Below, piece by piece: positions 56,826 through 64,000 of a DNA stretch of 64,000 nt. The notes under the pieces are model-generated. The model saw only the letters and a program-made list of their open reading frames with translations. It was not told the origin of the DNA and did no database searches. The stretch's first letter is position 1, and every line of letters starts with the position of its first letter. A program made the position numbers and the translations under genes. The stretch is from positions 186,001-250,000 of the forward strand of contig JBBPEB010000023.1 of NCBI GenBank assembly GCA_039096225.1, in the 5' to 3' direction. Origin of the DNA: Blastocystis sp. Blastoise (taxonomy: Eukaryota; Protista; Bigyra: Opalinata).

Positions 56826-58036
56826 GTTATTACTTAATTTATGTATAGATTCGTATTAATGGTTATTATTATATATCTCCATCACAAGTAAAGAACTTAT
56901 TCCGTCATTTCCAAATGGGTCCTGTTATACTTAGTCTTGCTTTAGAAACTGTAGGAAATAATTCGAATCCACCTGTTTATCCTTCCAGATCTCATCCTAA
57001 TGTTCCTGCTACTCCACCAGACTCATTCTGTAATTGGGAAGATAAAGATAATGAAGACCAACGATGTGAAAATAGCTATTCTAATGATATTACAGCATTC
57101 CAAGAACCAGGATACTGTCCTACATTCACTTATTTTGCTCGTATGACCAGATATACTATTCATCAAAATGAATATTCTGCCGATAATTGGGAAATTGAAT
57201 CTTGTACCTATCGTCGTAAAACATCTGAAATCACTACTTGTAATGCATTCAATCGTTTCAGTCCCGATTGGCAAAGTATCCATCAATATACTGATACTGC
57301 TTATCTCACTTATGGAGCTTATCAACCTTATATTGATGATCCTTGTCATGCAAGTAAATATTTATATTAAATATCTATATATTCTTATTCTTATATTTTC
57401 AATATATTTGTTATCTTTAGTTTCATTTTTTTTTTTTGATATTTTCAATATATATATTACACTTTCTTTAGGTGTAAATCCTAATGATTTCACTCTTTCT
57501 GATGACGAAATTGATTTCATGGAAAGAGAAAAACTACTCTATTGCCATCTCTGTACTATTGATACTCTTACTATTCATGGTATCTATTTCTATTTGTTTT
57601 CCACTTTTATTGAAACACTCTACATAACAATATCTATAAATCTTTTCTCTATAGGTTATGATGATGAAGAACTTCTTATGTTTGCTCATATTCTACAATA
57701 TAATTTCCAACATAACACTAAACATCTCACTGAACATGACACAACTGGACATTGGAACCTTCATGAACTTCATATTCATAGTATATCTCATATACACACT
57801 TCTTTATTATAATAACTTTATCATATATATATAGACGATAATGCATTATTTGGTCGAGAAATAACTTCTGCTTCCCAACCTGCTCTTGATATTATTAGAT
57901 CTATTCTTTGTGATGCTCTCATTACTGCAGATAGTATATATTTACTTATTAATCTTCTCTATTCATATCTTCTCTAGATTTCGATATTGGTTTTTATGCT
58001 TCACCTGACAATAATCAACATAATTTAAGAGGCTAA
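56258..58036 (+). CDS. Secreted papain-fold (C1A-like) protein lacking catalytic residues, with a C-terminal extension
   Basis: Signal peptide; LDPQDFLDC, DALDYVEIYGI and GPVILSL are papain-family landmarks, but the CGSCW position reads CDSPF. Six exons ending HNLRG*. Confidence 0.65.
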
Positions 58037-58516
58037 TAAAACTCGTTATTTAACATATACTTCATTTCTCTTCATAATATATTCTTTTACTAATACTTCT
58101 ATATACTTCTTTTACTAATACTTGCTCGTATACTACTTTTTCAAATGATATATAAACTATTCTATTGTTATATTCTGCTTATTTAATATACAAATTTCTT
58201 AAACGGCTTTGTTTTGTTTTTTAATTAGAGCGGTTCAAAAGTTGTTAAAGAACACTTTTTAAACATTATTTTATAAACAAAACAAATTTTTAATAAAGAA
58301 ACAATAAATAAAGCATATAAAATATAAATTATAAGTTAAGAAAAATATTAATCAAGATTGATCTCTGAAACATTACTAAAAGTAGATAAATTATTAGAGC
58401 GGTTCAAAAGTTGCGAAAAAGTTGCGACAAAAGTTGCGACACTTTTTAAACACTACTTTTATAAGCAAAACTAATTTTTAATAATGAAAACATAAATAAA
58501 ACATATAAAATATAAA

Positions 58517-59792
58517 TTATAAGTTAAGAAATAATTTAATCAAGATTGATCTCTGAAACATTACTAAAAGTAGATAAATTATCAAAAGAAATTGATAAAA
58601 TATCATCAAGAGAATCAGATAAAACACTATTTGAATTGAAATTTGTATTTTTTTCTTCATTTTCATTTCATTTGATAATATTTCATTATCATCTATAATT
58701 GTCATTGAAGAATCATTAATTGTAGTATCTATTTCATCTTCAATAATCATTGAATCATTTTGAATTGAAATAGTATCTGTTTGTGGATTCATATAGAAAA
58801 ATAAATCTCTAAATAAATTATCATCAGAATAACCAAATTTATTCTTTGTAAATAAAATATTCATAAAAGAGAAAGATCTTTCTACACTAACAGTAGTAGA
58901 AGGTAATTGAAGAATGAAAGGAATTATTTTAGAAATAGAAGGAATTTGTTTAAGAAGAGGAAAATATAATTTTATCATTTGTTCTTTACTTATCATATTT
59001 TGAGGAAAACATTCATTTTCTTTCTTCTCATTATCAATAAAATCTTTCATTTTTGAAACACATAATAAATAATCTTTCTTTTCTATATTTGAAAATTCAG
59101 ATGAAGTAAAAGAAGGAAATGAAGAAGACATTAAGAAAGGATTAAAATATTTTATTTCATTATAAAATATCATTTGTTTCTTATTCATTGTTTTGATTTC
59201 TTTCAATTTTAATAATGTATTCGTAAAACCTATATAATATAAATAAATAATAATAATAATAATAAATATACTTTTCTTATATTCTTGAATAAATGAAGAT
59301 TGAACATTTGATAAATTATTTTCTTCACATATTTCATTCACTATCATAATTATATTATCTTTTGAATTTTTCAATTGTTCTTCAATTTCATCTATCAAAC
59401 TAGAAACATTACAACATTGAAAATTATCATTTGATAATAATTTTAATATTTCTTCAAACATTATTCCACTCTTCAAAAGAATTGACATTTCGATATGTAA
59501 AGAAGAAGATAATTGATTATCTTGAAGAATATTCAATATTTCTTTATCTTTTTCACTTAACATATCCAATGTTTCTAAATATTCATAGAATGATTTCAAA
59601 TATTTAAAATGTTTCAAAATATATCTTAATGATTTATACCAAGATATCCATCGTGTTTCTTTAAATAAGAAAAGAAAGAAGAAGAAGGAAGATTATTTAT
59701 CTTTAAAAAGGATAACCATAAATCATTTTTCTTTCTAAAGAAACGAAATGATGAATTAATGAGATTAGCATATGATTTAGTATTAATAAAAC
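58517..59792 (-). pseudogene. 5'-truncated, frameshifted hAT transposase
   Basis: ETRW motif and C-terminal dimerisation motif LQLPSTTVSVERSFS...L...LFFYMN; one short GT-AG intron near 59231-59270; frameshift just upstream of ETRW; cut off by the TIR at 59793. Confidence 0.88.
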
Positions 59793-61033
59793 TAGAGCGG
59801 TTCAAAAGTTGCGACAAAAGTTGCGACAAGTTGCGACAAAAGTTGCGAAAAAGTTGTGACAAGTTGCGACAAAGTTGCGACAAGTTGCGACAAGTTGCGA
59901 CACTTTTTATATCTCATTTGTAAGCCATATATTTATTATATAATAAATTTATATATATAATTATAAAGAGATTTACATGATGATTACATAAATAATTTTT
60001 AAATAAATTAAAAATAAGTTTAATACACAAAATAAGCGTTTTAAACACTAAAAATTGAAATTTTTGAAATTCATAAGAAAAATTCATTAGATAAATATCG
60101 TTATTTTTATCATTTTAACAATCTTTTAACGATTTTAAAAGTATTATATTATTTTTATATTATCAAAATAATGTTATTAAATATAAAAAGTGAAGAATTG
60201 AATGTCATAGAAGCTTCATTGAAGATAAAATGAACTCATTAAGTATAAAAATATTTTTAAAATGATTCATCTCTTCATAATGAGCTATTGATAACATATA
60301 TATTCAAATAATTTCATTTCATCAAAATTCAATTTTCAACAGTCTTCATTAAACATCATATAATGAATTATTATGATGTAAATATATATCTATATCATAA
60401 TAATAGTCAATTATAAATATATTATGCTTAATTAGATGATAAAATGAGTTGATAAAAATGAATCATTTCAAAAAGATCTAAAATCAATGTATTAATGAAA
60501 TCATTCACATTATTAAATACTATAAATAATACAAACTATGATTTCAATTGAAAATGGATAAATAATGCCAAGAAAATAAAAATGAAATTCATTTGAATTG
60601 TCATTAAAAATTGAACTTCAAAATTGAGTCAAAAATGGTTTTATCCCGTGAATAAATCAAATTTTTGACTGGAAAAAAATTATATAAAAAATGTAGAATT
60701 TTTTCTTTAATTCATTTCATATGATCTTTTCATTTTTATAAAATGAAATTTTGTAAATGTATTCATCATTACTTAGTTCATATAATGAAATATTCTCTTA
60801 TATAAAACATTAATTAAATATATGTTTAAATGAAAAGTTGTGACAAAGTTGTGACAAATTGCGACACTGAATTCTTTTTTTAAACAAGTCTTTTTTAATT
60901 GCCAAATTAATAAAATAATCACGGGACTCTCGCCATTATTCTTGGTTAAAAAAGTTGCGACAAATTGCGACAAGTTGCGACAAGTTGTGAAATTTGTCGC
61001 AACTCGATTTGTCACAACTTTTGAACCGCTCTA
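59793..61033. mobile_element. Non-autonomous hAT derivative (about 1.24 kb) with both TIRs
   Basis: Inward-facing TIRs with subterminal repeat arrays and a non-coding AT-rich interior; no matching 8-bp TSD. Confidence 0.8.
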
Positions 61034-63221
61034 ATTGATTTTAAACCATTTTGAACTGAATTTATTTTTATCAACTCATTTTATCATCTAATTAAGCATA
61101 ATATATTTATAATTGACTATTAATTATGATATAGACATATTTATATCATAATGATTCATTATATGATGTTTAGTGAAGAATGTTAAAAATTGAATTTTGA
61201 TGAAATGAAATTATTTGAATATATTTGTTATCATTAGCTCATTATTAACTCATCATGAAGAAATGAATCATTTTAAAGATATTTTATACTTAATGAGCTC
61301 ATTTTATCTTCAATGAAGCTTTTATGACATTCATTTTTTCACTTTTTATATTAAATAAGATTATTTTGATAATATAAAAATAATATAATATTTTAAAAAT
61401 CGTTAAAAGAATTAAAAAATGATTAAAATAAGTATATTTATCTAATGAATTTTTCTTATGAATTTCAAAAATTTCATTTTTTTTGTGTTTAAAACGCTTA
61501 TTTTAGGTATTAAACTTATTATTAATTTATTTAAAAATTATTTATGTAATCATCATGAAAATATCTTTATAATTATATATTTAAATATATTTTATAATAA
61601 ATATATGACTTACAAATGAGATATAAAAAGTGTCACAACTGTCTTAACTTGTCTTAACTTTTGTCGCAACTTTTGAACCGCTCTACTGTAATTTATAAAG
61701 CATTTCTTAATGAAATGAAGCAAGCAAATTGAAGACAATCTCAAAATCATTTAGAAGCTCAACATCGATATTTAAGAAATATGGGATTATCTACGAATAT
61801 TCCTAGAAGTAGATCTTCTTCTCCTGTTATTCCATCTACTTTTTTGAATGACAGTCAAGATTCAATTCTTTCTGGTCCTGTTAATTAGTATTTATTTAAT
61901 TTATTTTTATCATTTCACTTGTTTATTTTAATATGTTTTATATATTTTATTTTTATACTTTATAATATATATATATTTGACAATGATAAACAAATTCTTT
62001 CATGTATTTGACTTTGAATGATTTCAATCATATTTACAAAATTCTTTGTTTGATCATTATATATGTAATAATTGTATTTCTATTAATCAGTCAATTTGAT
62101 TGAAATCAAATCAAATGTTACACTTTTTTGTCAAACTCATTTTGCCTAAAAAACATTTATTGTTTGATTTTAATATGAATCAATAGGGTTGACTTAATCA
62201 TTTGAGTTTGATAGCATTTTCAGACTAAATATACAAATCAATTATTTTTTATTATGTATTTCTTTGAAAAACAATTATGTCAATAAATTATTTAAGAAAA
62301 ATAAATCAGGATAAATATTAATATAAATCATTATATATATTTTAATACTACATGTATGCGATACTATAAGTCAAATTATATTTTTACCGTCAATACATTG
62401 ATTTCAAATAAATCAATCAGAATACAAATATATTTTCTAATTATATTTTGTTGTTATTATTTCGAGTCACTCATGGATTGTAATAAAAATTCTAAAAATG
62501 TCGGAAGTCTTTATCAGTATTTGGTTTATAACATATTTCGTTATTACAATAAAATGAAATGTTTAATATTAAAAAAGTATTGTTAATATAATCAATATAT
62601 AAAAAAACATAGATTCATTTTGGTTTCAAGTTATATAACATATATTTACATATGTGGTTATAGTTTATTTATAGTCTAAAAAGTGAAAAAAAATATACTA
62701 AAAAACTTATGTGTATAGAAGAATTTAACTATTATTGAAAGAAGGGATAATTAGCAAATTAATGTATGTGTTAATTATTTTTTAGTGGCAAAAAATATAA
62801 CACAGAAATTTTAATGAAAGTCAAAAAAGTAAATTATAAGAAAAAGCAAATAAAAACTAGTGAATAAAAAAGATAGGATGCAAATAAATACCAATTCACC
62901 AACAACAATATAATACAAATGAATATTAGTATTTATAGAAACTCACAATATATCACATTTTAGAATACTATAAGTTGTGATTGCTACTTTCAGTTATTTA
63001 ATCTAACTACATGATATACAATAGAGTTCTTTATAATAGCTTGAAAATAAGAGAAAAACGTATTAATTAAACAATATATTGATTACAACAATTAGTGAAG
63101 AGCAACAATAATTTATGTATAAATATAATTATGTCTATAAGAAAATATTATAAATAATCATAATTAAATAAATAAATAATTAATTAAATAAATAAATAAA
63201 TAATTATATAAATAAATAAAT

Positions 63222-63277
<56 letters not shown>

Positions 63278-63432
63278 AGCGATTAATTAGTAAAATAAAA
63301 AAAAAACGAATAAAATACTAGAGTGAATACATATCTAGAAAAGATATTTCTGCATAATTAACATAGTATTAAAAAAACTTCAGAGAGAAAAAAGATAGTT
63401 ATGTAATGTGTACAAAAAATAAAGAAATGTAA

Positions 63433-63473
<41 letters not shown>

Positions 63474-63702
63474 AAAATCTTTGAAAATGGAATAAGTAAA
63501 GACAAGAAAGATAAGAATTTAATAAAAAGAAACTAATAAAAGAAATAGTTAAAATAGAAAAATTCAAAAACAACTAGAAAACAAATAATAAAACAACAAA
63601 AACAACAAAAACAACAACAGCAAAGAATAATAGTATGAAAAATATATATTAATAATAATAATATATATGGTTCTTGCTAGTAGATTGATTGAATTACAGT
63701 AT

Positions 63703-64000
63703 TTAGAATGAGCTAATATTTGTATTATCTAAATAGTAAGGATCAGGAAGAATATTTTGCTTGATATCATAGGAAGGGAATACAGGAGGGGGACTAGAAT
63801 AAGGAGATACGTTCTCCATAAAGGTTGTTACACTGGAATAATAATTTGGATGAGGAGGAGGAGAAGAAGATATGGATATTTCTGAAGCACAAGTTGACTT
63901 TATATTAAAAGAATCATTATCATGATTAATGACATTCATGTGTTTTTCATTATAAATAGGCATTAGAGCTATATTAGGAATACTGGTATTGAGAGGTACA
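63703..64000 (-). CDS. 3' end of a gene running off the window (Pro/Ser-rich tail)
   Basis: The frame is open from the window edge to the stop at 63703; SSSPPPHPNYY, PYSSPPPVFPSY. Confidence 0.6.
   Translation of the reverse strand, partial: VPLNTSIPNIALMPIYNEKHMNVINHDNDSFNIKSTCASEISISSSPPPHPNYYSSVTTFMENVSPYSSPPPVFPSYDIKQNILPDPYYLDNTNISSF

Larger units (their letters stand above)
58226..61685. mobile_element. Nest of hAT-superfamily DNA transposon pieces
   Basis: TIR TAGAGCGGTTCAAAAGTTG starts at 58226, 58395 and 59793; inverted copies end at 61033 and 61685. Tandem subterminal AAGTTGCGAC repeats and a transposase remnant. Confidence 0.92.

Noticed and set aside
59807-59901. Telomeric or CRISPR-like repeats (AAGTTGCGAC)n and the ORFs over them (59626-59883, 60773-61015)
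   Set aside because: They sit directly inside hAT TIRs and are subterminal repeats.

Overview
Very AT-rich, intron-rich eukaryotic nuclear DNA (not prokaryotic). The gene content suggests an anaerobic protist with a mitochondrion-related organelle, most likely Blastocystis-like (inference): Tom40, an organelle-targeted FeFe-hydrogenase-family fusion, BTB-LRR proteins, a discoidin/Ig surface protein and minor-type introns. I assembled about 16 spliced genes by hand; most short ORFs in the track are artefacts of (TA)n/(TTA)n-filled introns. Main highlights: (1) a hydrogenase-fold/flavodoxin/FNR fusion that keeps its 4Fe-4S ligands but has lost the diiron-site and proton-transfer residues; (2) two adjacent BTB-LRR genes built from symmetric phase-1 exons, one with a run of exact 90-nt one-repeat exons; (3) a U5 snRNA gene inside an intron of a POT1-like gene; (4) U12-type AT-AC and AT-AA introns plus other apparently non-canonical junctions; (5) tandem bacterial-type DUF1648/DUF5808 genes with introns; (6) a disrupted mosaic surface-protein gene, a papain-fold pseudoprotease and a rearranged hAT transposon nest. 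All family assignments come from motif recognition by eye, not database searches.
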